A stretch of DNA of 64,000 bases, taken from assembly GCA_963754875.1 (NCBI GenBank), contig CAVWHO010000019.1:32001-96000 (forward strand), in the 5' to 3' direction. The stretch comes from Nitrospirota bacterium (GTDB taxonomy: Bacteria > Nitrospirota > UBA9217). The notes under the pieces are model-generated. The model searched no databases, was not told the origin of the DNA, and saw only the letters and a list, made by a program, of their open reading frames with translations. Of this stretch, positions 8,842 to 18,979 are shown piece by piece. How positions within the stretch are numbered: position 1 is the first letter of the stretch; each line of letters opens with the position of its first letter. The position numbers and the translations under genes are program-made.

Positions 8842-9852
8842 CTATTCCCATCTAAATATAAATGATCCGATAAGGAGAAAAACCGCGGCCATGATGCCGA
8901 GTGCCGTGAGTTGCGGGGCTATGGCGACGAGCCCTGCGCCATCGGTCATGATGGCACGGGCCGCATCAACGATGTGCGTGAGGGGCAGGAACCAGGCTAT
9001 CTTCTGAACGACCGGGTTCGTGCCTTCGAGCGAGAACCAGACGCCGGAGAGGAGCATCATGGGCCAGGTGAGGAGGTTCAATATTCCCCCGGCAAGCTCT
9101 TCACTCGACAGCCGCGACGAGACGAGAAGCCCCAGCGAGATAAGGCAGATTGCGCCGAGAAGGGAAACGAGAAAGAGGTTCACATAGGAGCCGCGCATCT
9201 CGAAATGGATGAAGTAGTTGCAGCCCGCGTACACGAGAACGGTGATGGTCTGGATCAGGATCAGGCGGGAGACCATCTGCGCGGAAAGGAACTCGAAAGG
9301 ATTGAGCGGCGTTGCCTTGAGCCGCTTGAGGAACCCGTTCTTCCGGTACCGGACGATCACGTACCCGACGCCGAAGAGGCAGGAAAACATCATGTTCATG
9401 GCCAGAATGCCGGGCACGACCCAGTCCACGTAGCGGATCTGGCGGCCCTTGACCGTGCGGCGCTCATATCCCGTCCTGCCCCCCGTACTCCGGAGCATCC
9501 GTTCGAGCACGTATCCATTGGGCGCGTTCTCATTGATCCAGTAGCGCATGCCCGAGCGCACGTCCACAAGCATGTCGAGTTGAAAATGTTCGACCTTGTC
9601 GAGCGCTTTATCGAGGTCATCCACGGTGATGAACTGGACGTATTTCGTGCTAAAAAAATCCTGCTCCGATTTCGTGAGCCGGGACGTGTCGCCGATGACG
9701 CCGACCTTGAACATGGGCTTGGCCTCGCCGGAGAAGACGAAGGCAAAACCCAGCACGAGCAGAAGCGGGAAGAGGATGTTCCAGCCCAGGGACGATTTGT
9801 CGCGGATGAATTCCATGTTCCTGGCGTGCAGGATGGCGAAAAATCTTTTCAT
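8842..9852 (-). CDS. ABC-2 type transporter permease
   Basis: YVDWVVPGILAM, LKRLKATP and LPLTH motifs; six TM helices. Confidence 0.92.
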   Translation of the reverse strand: MKRFFAILHARNMEFIRDKSSLGWNILFPLLLVLGFAFVFSGEAKPMFKVGVIGDTSRLTKSEQDFFSTKYVQFITVDDLDKALDKVEHFQLDMLVDVRSGMRYWINENAPNGYVLERMLRSTGGRTGYERRTVKGRQIRYVDWVVPGILAMNMMFSCLFGVGYVIVRYRKNGFLKRLKATPLNPFEFLSAQMVSRLILIQTITVLVYAGCNYFIHFEMRGSYVNLFLVSLLGAICLISLGLLVSSRLSSEELAGGILNLLTWPMMLLSGVWFSLEGTNPVVQKIAWFLPLTHIVDAARAIMTDGAGLVAIAPQLTALGIMAAVFLLIGSFIFRWE

Positions 9853-9903
9853 GAAAACCTCAAAAGCAAACTAACCCAGTAGACAAAAGGCAAAGCTCTT
9901 TTT

Positions 9904-9998
9904 TAACCACGGATGAACACGGTAAAGATCACAGAAAATGCCACGTCGCCGAAGTTTAAGATAAAATTATTTGCTTTAAACGTGTTCATCCGTGGTTA
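9904..9998. repeat. Intergenic inverted repeat built from 9-mer units
   Basis: Perfect 18-bp IR TAACCACGGATGAACACG (9904-9921) / CGTGTTCATCCGTGGTTA (9981-9998) around an AT-rich spacer. Confidence 0.85.
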
Positions 9999-10045
9999 CT
10001 CAGTCTTTTCTCCGTGCCTCAGTGTCTCCGTGGTGAAAGCTTTTC

Positions 10046-10930
10046 TCAGCTCCTCAAGTCCTTGCCGGTGAGCGCGATGAACAGGTCTTCGAGGCTCCAG
10101 GAGCGCATGTTCATCCGCTTGAGCGACACGCCCCGGTCCATGAGGGTCCTGATGGTATCGTCCACATCATGGGTCTGGATCTCGCACCACCCCGGCTGTT
10201 TCGACGTACAAAGGCCGAAGCCGTCGAGCTTTCCGTTCACGTCCTCTTCCGGGAGCTGCAGAATGACGTTCCCGAAGTGTTCCTTCAGCAGTTTTTCCGG
10301 CGTGCCCTGAGAAATGATCCTGCCGCGGTCCATGATGGCGATCTCGTCGCAGAGCGTGTAGGCTTCGTCCATATAATGGGTCGTCAGCACGATGGTCTTG
10401 CCTTTGGAGCGGACCATGGAGATGAGGTCCCAGAAGTTCCTGCGTGCCTGGGGGTCGAGGCCCGTTGTCGGCTCATCGAGAAAGAGGACTTCCGGATCAT
10501 TTACGAGCGCGAGGGCCATGAGCAGCCGCTGCCGCTGGCCCCCCGAAAGTTTGCGCGTATCGCGGTCGAGGAATTCGTCGAGGCTCAAAAGCCGGACTAC
10601 CTCGTCGAACGGCATTGTCCGGGGGTAAAGGTTCCTGAACAGCCGCAGCGTTTCGCGGACCGTCAGGAACTCCTGGAGCGACGTGACCTGGAACTGGATC
10701 CCCGCCTCTTTCCGGAACCGGCTGCCGACAGGTGTTCCCTTGTACAGCGTGACGCCGGCATCCGGCTTCAGGATACCCTCGACGATCTCGATGAGCGTGG
10801 TCTTACCGGCGCCGTTCGGGCCGAGCAGACCGAAGCAGATACCGTGAGGGATGGCAAGGCTCACGCCATCTACGGCCCGTATGCCGGGATAGGTTTTGAC
10901 CAGGTTTTGTATCTCGATAATAGGAGGCAT
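10046..10930 (-). CDS. ABC transporter ATP-binding protein
   Basis: Walker A GPNGAGKT, LSGGQ signature, FLDEPTTGLD. Confidence 0.95.
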   Translation of the reverse strand: MPPIIEIQNLVKTYPGIRAVDGVSLAIPHGICFGLLGPNGAGKTTLIEIVEGILKPDAGVTLYKGTPVGSRFRKEAGIQFQVTSLQEFLTVRETLRLFRNLYPRTMPFDEVVRLLSLDEFLDRDTRKLSGGQRQRLLMALALVNDPEVLFLDEPTTGLDPQARRNFWDLISMVRSKGKTIVLTTHYMDEAYTLCDEIAIMDRGRIISQGTPEKLLKEHFGNVILQLPEEDVNGKLDGFGLCTSKQPGWCEIQTHDVDDTIRTLMDRGVSLKRMNMRSWSLEDLFIALTGKDLRS

Positions 10931-11016
10931 GATGGAAATGATCTCATTCAAAAGAGTGAAAGCCCAGAATGCAATATCTCTTGCCCGCTTCTCGGTTGTT
11001 GTCAATTGCGCTCGAT

Positions 11017-11045
11017 ACAGTATCACGCGGCTACTACACTGTCAA
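11017..11045 (-). promoter_or_regulatory. Sigma70-type promoter for the ABC operon
   Basis: TTGACA-17 nt-TACTGT on the minus strand. Confidence 0.45.
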
Positions 11046-11158
11046 GTCGGGACGCAGGAGTCAAGCGCGATCATTATTAAAAATCCGGCGTGCGCGGCCA
11101 ATGTCCGGGAGTGATATAATTTTATCATATATCTGGAGAGAAACTGCTGGAGGAACAC

Positions 11159-11953
11159 GTGAACGCAAAAATGCCGGTACTCTTCATCGGCCACGGTTCG
11201 CCGATGAACATTATCTTCGATAACAGCTACACCAGGAGCCTTGCGGCGCTCGGCAAGAGCCTTCCGAAGCCCAAAGCGGTCCTGGTGGTTTCCGCGCACT
11301 GGCTCACGAAGGCTACCTCGGTCACCTGTACGGAGAAGCCGAAGACCATCTACGATTTTTACGGCTTTCCGGACGAGCTCTACGCCATGCGCTATCCCAG
11401 CCCCGGTGCGCCGCGCGAAGCCCGGCTGGTGACGGACATGGTGAAAAGTGTAAAGGTAAGCTGCGGCGACTGGGGGCTTGACCACGCTTCATGGGCGGTT
11501 CTCAAGCATGTCTATCCCGCTGCCGATATACCGGTGTTCGAGATGAGCCTTGCCTACACGTACAATGAATGGCACCCGAAACCGCTCCAGTATCATTATG
11601 ATCTTGCACGTGAGCTGTCCGGGCTGCGGGGCCAGGGCGTGCTGATCATCGCGAGCGGGAACATCGTGCATAATCTCGGGATGCTGGACTTCGAAAATAT
11701 TGATGCCCCGGTATTTGATTGGGCAGGCGAATTTGACGAGAATGTGAAGAAACATCTGGTCAGCGGAAACCACGACGCCCTGGTCCACTATCAGAACATC
11801 GGGCGCACGTCGCCCCTTGCCGTGCCCACACTCGACCATTATCTCCCGATGATCTACGCCATCGCTCTGCAGGAAAAAAACGAGCCCCTCAAGTTTACTC
11901 ATGAAGGATTCCAGTACGGTTCGGTTTCGATGCGCTGTTTCCAAATCGGCTAA
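11159..11953 (+). CDS. ygiD: DOPA 4,5-dioxygenase-like extradiol dioxygenase (LigB family)
   Basis: LFIGHGSPMN, SAHW, IYDFYGFP, GLDH, SGNIVHNL and PTLDHYLP motifs. Confidence 0.9.
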   Translation: MNAKMPVLFIGHGSPMNIIFDNSYTRSLAALGKSLPKPKAVLVVSAHWLTKATSVTCTEKPKTIYDFYGFPDELYAMRYPSPGAPREARLVTDMVKSVKVSCGDWGLDHASWAVLKHVYPAADIPVFEMSLAYTYNEWHPKPLQYHYDLARELSGLRGQGVLIIASGNIVHNLGMLDFENIDAPVFDWAGEFDENVKKHLVSGNHDALVHYQNIGRTSPLAVPTLDHYLPMIYAIALQEKNEPLKFTHEGFQYGSVSMRCFQIG

Positions 11954-12027
11954 GCGCAGACAGTACTCAACACCTTCCGTTCCAATTTATCCAGCTCTGC
12001 ATCAGAGAAACATACGGCACCATCATC

Positions 12028-13174
12028 TCAGAAATGCCCCCGGTCCCGGCGCTTCTCGCGCGCGGCGCGCTGTCTGAAGCCCGGGCTTCTCCCCCATGCG
12101 CTCATCTGCCAATTGTCGGTCCTGCTCATTTCGGGTATCCAGTGCGGAAGCGCCAATCGTAGCCTCAAGGACAGGGCATAGACGTAGGGTTCGTACATCC
12201 GGCGCAGTTCAATGAGACGCTGCTCGGTAGTCGGCCCCGGCCTGAAGACGCAGCGCTTCCCGGTCCAGAAATTCGCGCAGGGTTTCGAAGTCCTCCCGGG
12301 GGAGGCGGTCGATCTGCGGTTCCTGCGGCGGCGTGTGCAGGACGAGGGCGAGGTCTACGATCGCATGACGCGCAATGGCAAAGGTCAGCTGGGCCTGGCG
12401 CGCGCTCTCACCCTCGAGGTTCGTGATTACGAAAGCGCAGGTATCCAGGATCGACGTGAGCGCAGCGAGCCAGGACTGATTGTCATGCTGGGAGCGGAAG
12501 TAGACGAGCACGGGAAAAGACAAATGGCTTTCGAGCAGTTCCGCGGACCAGCGTTCCCATTCATGCAGCAGTCCGGTCAGTGCGCCTATCGCGTGGTCCC
12601 GGCTGTGGCGCCGGATGATCTCCAGGGCAGAGGGCGGAGAGCCGGCCCGCGCATCGAGAAGCGATATGTTGATTTCTCTGCGCGAGAATGACTGGTTCAG
12701 CGCAGGCAGGTAGCTGATGACGATCGCCAGGAACGCAAAGCCCATGCCTACCTGGAACACGATGAGCACTCTCGCGAATGCCGTGTTAGGAACGACATCA
12801 CCGAGGCCGAGCGTGAAAAACGTCGTGCCGCTGAAATAGAGACAGGATCCGAACGTAATGACGTGCTCCGGGGTCTTGATGGCGTCGCCCGGCGCCCAGT
12901 ACAGGAACGCATAGCCGAAAACGAGGACCACGGCCCAAAAGCAGAGGAGCGCCGGAAGAGACAGCGGGCCGTAATAGCTCAAAAACGTTTCCTGGGCCTT
13001 GGCGCTGGAAAACACACTGGCAAGCCTCGACCAGACCGGCCAGGTAAGCCGGTAGAAGAGGCGCACGAGACGGACCCGGCGCGTGACGCGGCGCGGGAAC
13101 ACGACAGTCTCGAAGGCGTCCACGAGGACGATCACGATGAGGGCTGCGCCCACGATGTATGCAAGTAGCGCCAT
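12028..13174 (-). CDS. Potassium-channel-family protein (1-bp frameshift near 12235)
   Basis: TM helices and pore motif TTFFTLGLGD; the C-terminus (LIELRRMYEPYV...WQMSAW) continues in another frame to TGA at 12028. Confidence 0.8.
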
Positions 13175-13361
13175 AAAAACATCCCCCTGAACCAGACCAT
13201 TTTCAATGAATCATGCAGCATATGGTCTTTCACAATCAGGTGCAATCAGGAACCTCAGCACCATAGATGATTAGATTATATCAAAGGAGGATGTTTTGCA
13301 TCCCGATTGGGATCGGCCTGCAAGGAAGGGTGCTACAATAGTACGAGAGGACCTTTCGGTT

Positions 13362-15377
13362 TCACTTCAATATCTGGAACAGGTTGTTATAGTCGTCCGT
13401 CCAGGCACGGAGCCCGGGCCGCGTGGTTAGTTCTTCCGCGACGTTCTCGATGGCCGGATCTTCGATGGGCTGCGACGATACGAGCGCCCACTTTGAGCGG
13501 TAGAGATTGTGCTGCTCGTCGGAATCCGTCGAGATAAGAATAGCCTGTTTGCCGAGTTCGTCAGAGAGCTTTCGCACGACCGGTTCGAGGTCCAGGTGGG
13601 TATTCGTTATATGGAGCGCCAGGACGCCGCCCGGTTTCAGATGGCGGAAATAAAGCTCCAGCGCCTGTTTGGTGATCAGGTGCACGGGAATGGCGTCGCC
13701 GGAGAAAGCATCAACCACGAAGAGGTCGTACTGCTGGTGCGGTTCGCGTTCGAGCGAGAGGCGGCCGTCGCCCAAAACCACATCGACCTTACCACGGCAG
13801 TCCCCCAGATAGGTGAATTCGCTCCGCGCGAGCTGCTCTGCCAGCGGGTTTATCTCGTAGAACCGGAACACGTCCCCGGGCCGGGCATAGGCGGCAAGAG
13901 AACCGGCGCCGAGCCCGATGACGCCTACGCGCAGGGATGAGTGACGGAGATAGTGCTCGGCGAGAGCGACACCGGACCCGGGGCCATAGTACGAGAGTGG
14001 CGCGTTGCGGCGGGCCGGCGGCGTGTACTGAACGCCGTGTGTGACGGTCCCGTTAACGAGGACCCGTATTTCGTTGTTCGTTCCCTTATGATATTCATTC
14101 ACCCGCAGGCCGCCGTAAAAATTTCTTGCCATCACGAGGACCTGGTGTCCGTAGGAGGTCATGTAATACGATGATGTGAGGATGACCGCGGTCGCCGTAA
14201 TCCAGCCTATCACAAGGACTATGTGCGATCTGCGATACTCCAAAACGACGAGCAGAAGGAGTGAACAGAATATAAGGGTGAGGGGAAGCTCGAAGTATGC
14301 GGGCAGGACTTTGGGCGCAATGAGTCCCACGAACAGGCCGCCGAGCGCTCCGCCGATCGAGAGCATGAGATAAAAGGACGTCAGGTGCTGCGGCGCAGGT
14401 TTGCGCTTTACGAGTTCGCCGTGAAAGAACAGGCAGGAAATGAAGAGGCCCGAGGAGAAGGTCGCTATGACCAGCCCGATGTTGGCATGCGAGTTCCATC
14501 TCAACAGCCCGTAGGACATGCCGCCGAGAGCGAGGACGAAAAGCCAAACAAAAAACTTCCGGTTGTAGAGCCGTTCGTAGTTAAAGGTCAGGATAAAGGT
14601 AAGGAGATAGAGGCTGAGCGGAAGCACCCAGAGGAACGGGATAGATGCTACGTTCTGCGTCAGGTGGTTGGTAACGGAAAGCAGGAGCGTCGAGGCGCAT
14701 CCCGCGAGCAGAAGCCAGAGGACATGTTCCCGCACTCTTGGCGGAGAACAATCCGTGATTGCGGATTTTGCTGGATCATCGCAGACAGCGGGGGCCGCAG
14801 TTCGCCGGCTCCGGAAGGCCGTCGTAATGCCGAGCGCGACAAAAAGTACAAAGGCCGTTGACCAGCCCAGGGACTGCTGCCTGAGCGTAACGTGCGGCTC
14901 GACAAAGACCGGGTATGCCAGAAGCCCCAGGAGCGAGGCGAGGTTGGAGAGGCCGAAGAGCCTGTAGGGCAGAGCAGCTTTGTTCGTTCGCGCATACCAG
15001 GCCTGGACGAGCGGGCTGGTCGTCGAGAGCAGGAAGTACGGCAGGCCGATCGAGACGGTCAACAGGCCGAGGATGCGCAGGACCGGATCTTCAGTGCCCG
15101 CAGGCTTCCACGCCAGCGACGGCGCCACGGGCAGGAGCAGGAGGCTTGTTGCGAGCAGGGTTATATGCACGGCAGCCTGCGACTTCGGCCTGAGCGTTCG
15201 GACGGACCAGTGTGCATAGAGATAGCCGCCGAGCAGCGCTGTTTGGAAAAAGAGCATCGCCGTGATCCAGACAGACGCAGAGCCGCCGAACCAGGGCAGG
15301 ATCATCTTCGCTATCATGGGCTGGATCTGGAAGAGCAGGAAGGCGCTCAGAAATATGGTAAGGGCAGAGAGAAACAT
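13362..15377 (-). CDS. Membrane-fused spermidine-synthase-like SAM-dependent protein
   Basis: About 12 TM helices (LLPWFGGS, HGEL...KP), then VGVIGLGAG, YEINP, GDGR and VVDAFSGDAIPVHL. Confidence 0.9.
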   Translation of the reverse strand: MFLSALTIFLSAFLLFQIQPMIAKMILPWFGGSASVWITAMLFFQTALLGGYLYAHWSVRTLRPKSQAAVHITLLATSLLLLPVAPSLAWKPAGTEDPVLRILGLLTVSIGLPYFLLSTTSPLVQAWYARTNKAALPYRLFGLSNLASLLGLLAYPVFVEPHVTLRQQSLGWSTAFVLFVALGITTAFRSRRTAAPAVCDDPAKSAITDCSPPRVREHVLWLLLAGCASTLLLSVTNHLTQNVASIPFLWVLPLSLYLLTFILTFNYERLYNRKFFVWLFVLALGGMSYGLLRWNSHANIGLVIATFSSGLFISCLFFHGELVKRKPAPQHLTSFYLMLSIGGALGGLFVGLIAPKVLPAYFELPLTLIFCSLLLLVVLEYRRSHIVLVIGWITATAVILTSSYYMTSYGHQVLVMARNFYGGLRVNEYHKGTNNEIRVLVNGTVTHGVQYTPPARRNAPLSYYGPGSGVALAEHYLRHSSLRVGVIGLGAGSLAAYARPGDVFRFYEINPLAEQLARSEFTYLGDCRGKVDVVLGDGRLSLEREPHQQYDLFVVDAFSGDAIPVHLITKQALELYFRHLKPGGVLALHITNTHLDLEPVVRKLSDELGKQAILISTDSDEQHNLYRSKWALVSSQPIEDPAIENVAEELTTRPGLRAWTDDYNNLFQILK

Positions 15378-15510
15378 GACGAGCCGCGATTATACCACAA
15401 CGCTTCGTGAGAATCTCAAAAAAAGAGGAAATCAAACAGTCAGAGGAAAACATTTAGCCGCATGAACGCCGATATGTTATACTCTAGTTCATCATTCGGA
15501 GGAACGCCGC

Positions 15511-17445
15511 ATGAAAGCCAAAGGCACCAAGAAAAAAGCAAATGTCATCCACGGCGTGAGCCTGCTCACGGAGCACGATATCTATCTCTTTAAAGAGGGG
15601 AACCATTTCGGCCTCTACGAGAAACTCGGCTCGCATATCCTGCATGTCGACGGAGTCGACGGCACGCTCTTCGCGGTCTGGGCGCCAAACGCTGCAAAGG
15701 TCTCGGTGATTGGCGACTTTAACGGCTGGAACAGGGACAGCCATCCTCTTGCCGCGCGGCACGACGAGTCGGGCATCTGGGAAGGATTCCTTCCGGGGTT
15801 AACCGAAGGGACACTCTACAAGTACCAGATCATCTCGCGGTATAACCAGCACGCTGGCGAGAAAGGCGATCCTTTTGCGTTTTCCTGGGAAGTCCCCCCG
15901 AGGACAGCGTCCGTGGTACGGCAACTGGATTACGAGTGGAATGACGGCGCGTGGATGAAGGACCGGCATGCGCGGAATTCGCTGAATGCGCCCTTCTCCG
16001 TGTACGAGCTTCACATCGGCTCATGGCGCCGGGTGCCGGAAGACAACAACCGGTCGCTCACCTACCGGGAACTGGCGGACTATCTCCCCGAATATCTCAA
16101 AGACACGGGCTTCACGCACGTTGAATTCATGCCTGTGATGGAACACCCTTTTTACGGGTCCTGGGGTTACCAGGTCACCGGTTTCTTCGCGCCCACGAGC
16201 AGGTATGGGACGCCGCAGGACTTCATGCATCTGATCGACCGCCTGCATCAGGAGGGGGTCGGCGTGATCCTGGACTGGGTGCCGTCGCACTTCCCCGGCG
16301 ACGCTCACGGGCTCGTGTATTTCGACGGCACGCACCTGTACGAACACGAAGACCCCAAGAAGGGCTTCCATCCCGAATGGACGAGCCACATCTTCAACTA
16401 CGGCCGGTACGAGGTGCGTAACTTCCTCATTTCGAGCGCGCTCTTCTGGCTCGACAAATATCACGCAGACGGGCTCAGGATCGACGCCGTAGCGTCCATG
16501 CTCTACCTCGATTACGCGCGCAGGGACGGCGAGTGGATCCCGAACCAGTATGGCGGCAAGGAGAACATCGAGGCAATCGATTTTCTGAGGAGCCTGAACC
16601 GGGAGGTGTACCGGGCCTTCCCCGACGTCCAGACCATTGCCGAAGAGTCTACCTCGTGGCCCATGGTGTCGCGGCCGGCGCATGTGGGTGGGCTCGGCTT
16701 CGGCATGAAGTGGAACATGGGATGGATGCACGACACGCTGGAGTATTTTTCTCAGGACCCCGTGTTCCGCAAGTATCATCACAACGACATCACTTTCAGC
16801 ATCTGGTATGCGTTTTTCGAGAACTTCATGCTGCCCTTGTCCCATGACGAAGTCGTGTACGGCAAAGGCGCCCTTGCAGGCAAGATGCCCGGCAGCGGTC
16901 TGCAGAAGATGGCGAACCTCCGGCTCCTCTTCGGCTACCTCTATACTCATCCGGGAAAGAAGCTCTTGTTCATGGGCGGCGAACTGGGCCAATGGGCGGA
17001 GTGGAGCCACGAACAGAGCATTGAATGGCACCTCCTCCAGTATCAGTCCCACTACGGCGTCTGGAAATGGGTGCGCGACCTGAATCATCTCTACCGGAGC
17101 GAGCCCGCGCTCTACGAGGTCGACTTCGAGAACGCGGGATTCGAGTGGGTCGATTTCAGCGACCAGGAGTCGAGCGTCATCAGTTTCATCAGGAGGGGGC
17201 GCTCGCAGGGCGAAACGATCCTTGTTGTGTGCAACTTTACGCCGGTGCCGCGCCTGAATTACCGGGTGGGCGTTCCCGAAGGCGGCTTCTGGAGAGAGCT
17301 GTTGAACAGCGACGCCAACGATTACGGAGGAAACGGCTTCGGGAACTTCGGCGGACGGGAAGCATTGGCAGAGCCGTACCATCATCGGAGCCATTCGCTT
17401 TTGCTCGCGCTGCCGCCGCTCGGGATCGTGGTGCTTAAAAAATAA
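15511..17445 (+). CDS. glgB: 1,4-alpha-glucan branching enzyme
   Basis: FAVWAPNA, YELHIGSW, DWVPSHF, RIDAVASM, AEEST and LSHDEVV motifs. Confidence 0.97.
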   Translation: MKAKGTKKKANVIHGVSLLTEHDIYLFKEGNHFGLYEKLGSHILHVDGVDGTLFAVWAPNAAKVSVIGDFNGWNRDSHPLAARHDESGIWEGFLPGLTEGTLYKYQIISRYNQHAGEKGDPFAFSWEVPPRTASVVRQLDYEWNDGAWMKDRHARNSLNAPFSVYELHIGSWRRVPEDNNRSLTYRELADYLPEYLKDTGFTHVEFMPVMEHPFYGSWGYQVTGFFAPTSRYGTPQDFMHLIDRLHQEGVGVILDWVPSHFPGDAHGLVYFDGTHLYEHEDPKKGFHPEWTSHIFNYGRYEVRNFLISSALFWLDKYHADGLRIDAVASMLYLDYARRDGEWIPNQYGGKENIEAIDFLRSLNREVYRAFPDVQTIAEESTSWPMVSRPAHVGGLGFGMKWNMGWMHDTLEYFSQDPVFRKYHHNDITFSIWYAFFENFMLPLSHDEVVYGKGALAGKMPGSGLQKMANLRLLFGYLYTHPGKKLLFMGGELGQWAEWSHEQSIEWHLLQYQSHYGVWKWVRDLNHLYRSEPALYEVDFENAGFEWVDFSDQESSVISFIRRGRSQGETILVVCNFTPVPRLNYRVGVPEGGFWRELLNSDANDYGGNGFGNFGGREALAEPYHHRSHSLLLALPPLGIVVLKK

Positions 17446-17465
17446 AAGAAGGAACGAAGTTGCAC

Positions 17466-17508
17466 TCCCGCGACTTGGAATCCCCGGCTCCTGCCGGAAG
17501 GGGCTCCA
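17466..17508. repeat. Short palindromic repeat, copy A (partner at 51238-51342)
   Basis: TCCCGCGACTTGGAATCCCCGGCTCCTGCCGG...AGGGGCTCCA is nearly identical to the two ends of copy B. Confidence 0.75.
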
Positions 17509-17763
17509 GTGTTCATGTTCTGTTGATTTTTTCAAGCACCTCCAAAATATCCAATCTCTCAAATCAAAAAGCGGAGTTACCTTGAAACCAGGGACCGCGA
17601 GGCGTTTGTGTGTACGGGATAATACTATGGGGAAACCGTTGAAGGAAGTGACGGTCTGCGCACGAAAGTTGGCGACAAACGGCTTTGCGCTGTGGTAAGG
17701 TGTGTGCAGATGATGCCTTTGGGCTGGCTGTCTCTTTGATGGCAGTCTGGAAAGGAGCCCTTC

Positions 17764-18360
17764 ATGGAAGATCATTTACTGGCCAAGGCCGGTTTCCTGC
17801 GGGAAGTGTTTGATGCCATACCCGCCATGCTGCTCATTCTCGATGATGACGTCCAAATTTTACACCTCAATGCTACGGCGTCTGCCGGTCTCGGCGTCGA
17901 TCTTAAAGATGTTTACAAGAAAAGGGGCGGCGAAGCTCTGCATTGTATCCACTCGACTGATGTTCCCGGGGGATGCGGCAGGGCAGCGGCATGCAGGGAC
18001 TGCATCATCAGAAACTCCGCTATGAGCGCCATGCAGGGAGGCAAAACATACCGGAAGGCGACGCGGATGGAGTTCGTGAACGGCGGCAAAAAGACAGAAA
18101 TGCATCTCCTGGTCACGGCAGCGCCGTTCAAGCACGAAGACAAAAGCTATGTTCTGCTGACCCTGGAGAACGTGAGTGAGTTGATACGGCTGAGAAGTCT
18201 GCTGCCTATCTGTATGCACTGCAAGAGGATACGGAACGACGAGGGCTACTGGAGCGACGTGGCCGTGTACTTCAGCGAGCGCCTGGATGTGGATTTTTCC
18301 CACGGAATTTGCAGCGAGTGTGCGGAAAAATTGTATCCGGAATATAGGAAACGCGACTGA
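17764..18360 (+). CDS. PAS-domain protein with a C-terminal Cys-rich motif
   Basis: PAS start VFDAIPAMLLILD; C-terminal LPICMHCKRIR...W...FSHGICSEC; AGGAG RBS. Confidence 0.8.
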   Translation: MEDHLLAKAGFLREVFDAIPAMLLILDDDVQILHLNATASAGLGVDLKDVYKKRGGEALHCIHSTDVPGGCGRAAACRDCIIRNSAMSAMQGGKTYRKATRMEFVNGGKKTEMHLLVTAAPFKHEDKSYVLLTLENVSELIRLRSLLPICMHCKRIRNDEGYWSDVAVYFSERLDVDFSHGICSECAEKLYPEYRKRD

Positions 18361-18424
18361 AAATCATTTATCGCCAGAAGGTGAAGGCCGCAGAGAAGAA
18401 AGAGGACAGTGCCCTCCTGAACGA

Positions 18425-18979
18425 TCAGAAAATCACCGCAAACAGAAGTTCCGGATAGGTCTCCGAGCAGGACGAATACACGGTCCTGTCGCAATTCAGA
18501 TGGACCTCCTGCGCCAGGCCCGCGCCGAAGTAGGCGCTTCTTCCCGTTAAAAAAAAGACGCCTGCCCGGGCGCCGATGGTGTCGCGGCCCGGGTAACCCT
18601 CGATCAAGGTACGGCGGTAGAACGCGCCTGCATAGGGTTGGACGGTCCCCTCCCTCGTGAGGACGACGCGCACCTGGGGGCTTACCTGTTCAATACGCGG
18701 TGAATTTCCCGACCATTCTTCGGCATCAAGCCCCACCTCGACACCGTCTGCAATGAAATAACCTCCTCCGATGCCGAAGATCGAATAATTCCGGTTAAAG
18801 GCAGTCGCTCCGCCGAATGAAATAGACAGCCGCGCATTGCCGGCTGTGAAGGGAGCCGTCGAGAGGCCCGATTCGGCATGCACCGTCGTTGACAGTATGA
18901 CAAGCGCCAGGAAGACGAAGACCGCTTTTCTGAGCCTGCAAGCAGGACTGTACCGCGCAAGTCCGTTCATGAAGGTCAT
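18425..18979 (-). CDS. Exported, probable small outer-membrane beta-barrel protein
   Basis: Signal peptide (FVFLALVILSTTVHA), alternating aromatic/Gly beta strands, terminal Phe (LLFAVIF). Confidence 0.7.
   Translation of the reverse strand: MTFMNGLARYSPACRLRKAVFVFLALVILSTTVHAESGLSTAPFTAGNARLSISFGGATAFNRNYSIFGIGGGYFIADGVEVGLDAEEWSGNSPRIEQVSPQVRVVLTREGTVQPYAGAFYRRTLIEGYPGRDTIGARAGVFFLTGRSAYFGAGLAQEVHLNCDRTVYSSCSETYPELLFAVIF

Noticed and set aside
17466..17508. Possible tRNA fragment (ends in CCA, CTTGGAA loop)
   Set aside because: No TTCRA T-loop, D-arm or acceptor stem; kept only as a repeat
17576..17604. ACCTTGAAACCAGGG resembling part of a 6S RNA
   Set aside because: Match is too short and no long closing stem is visible
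16021..17775. 584-aa minus-strand ORF
   Set aside because: Antisense shadow of glgB with no recognisable motifs; expected in GC-rich coding DNA
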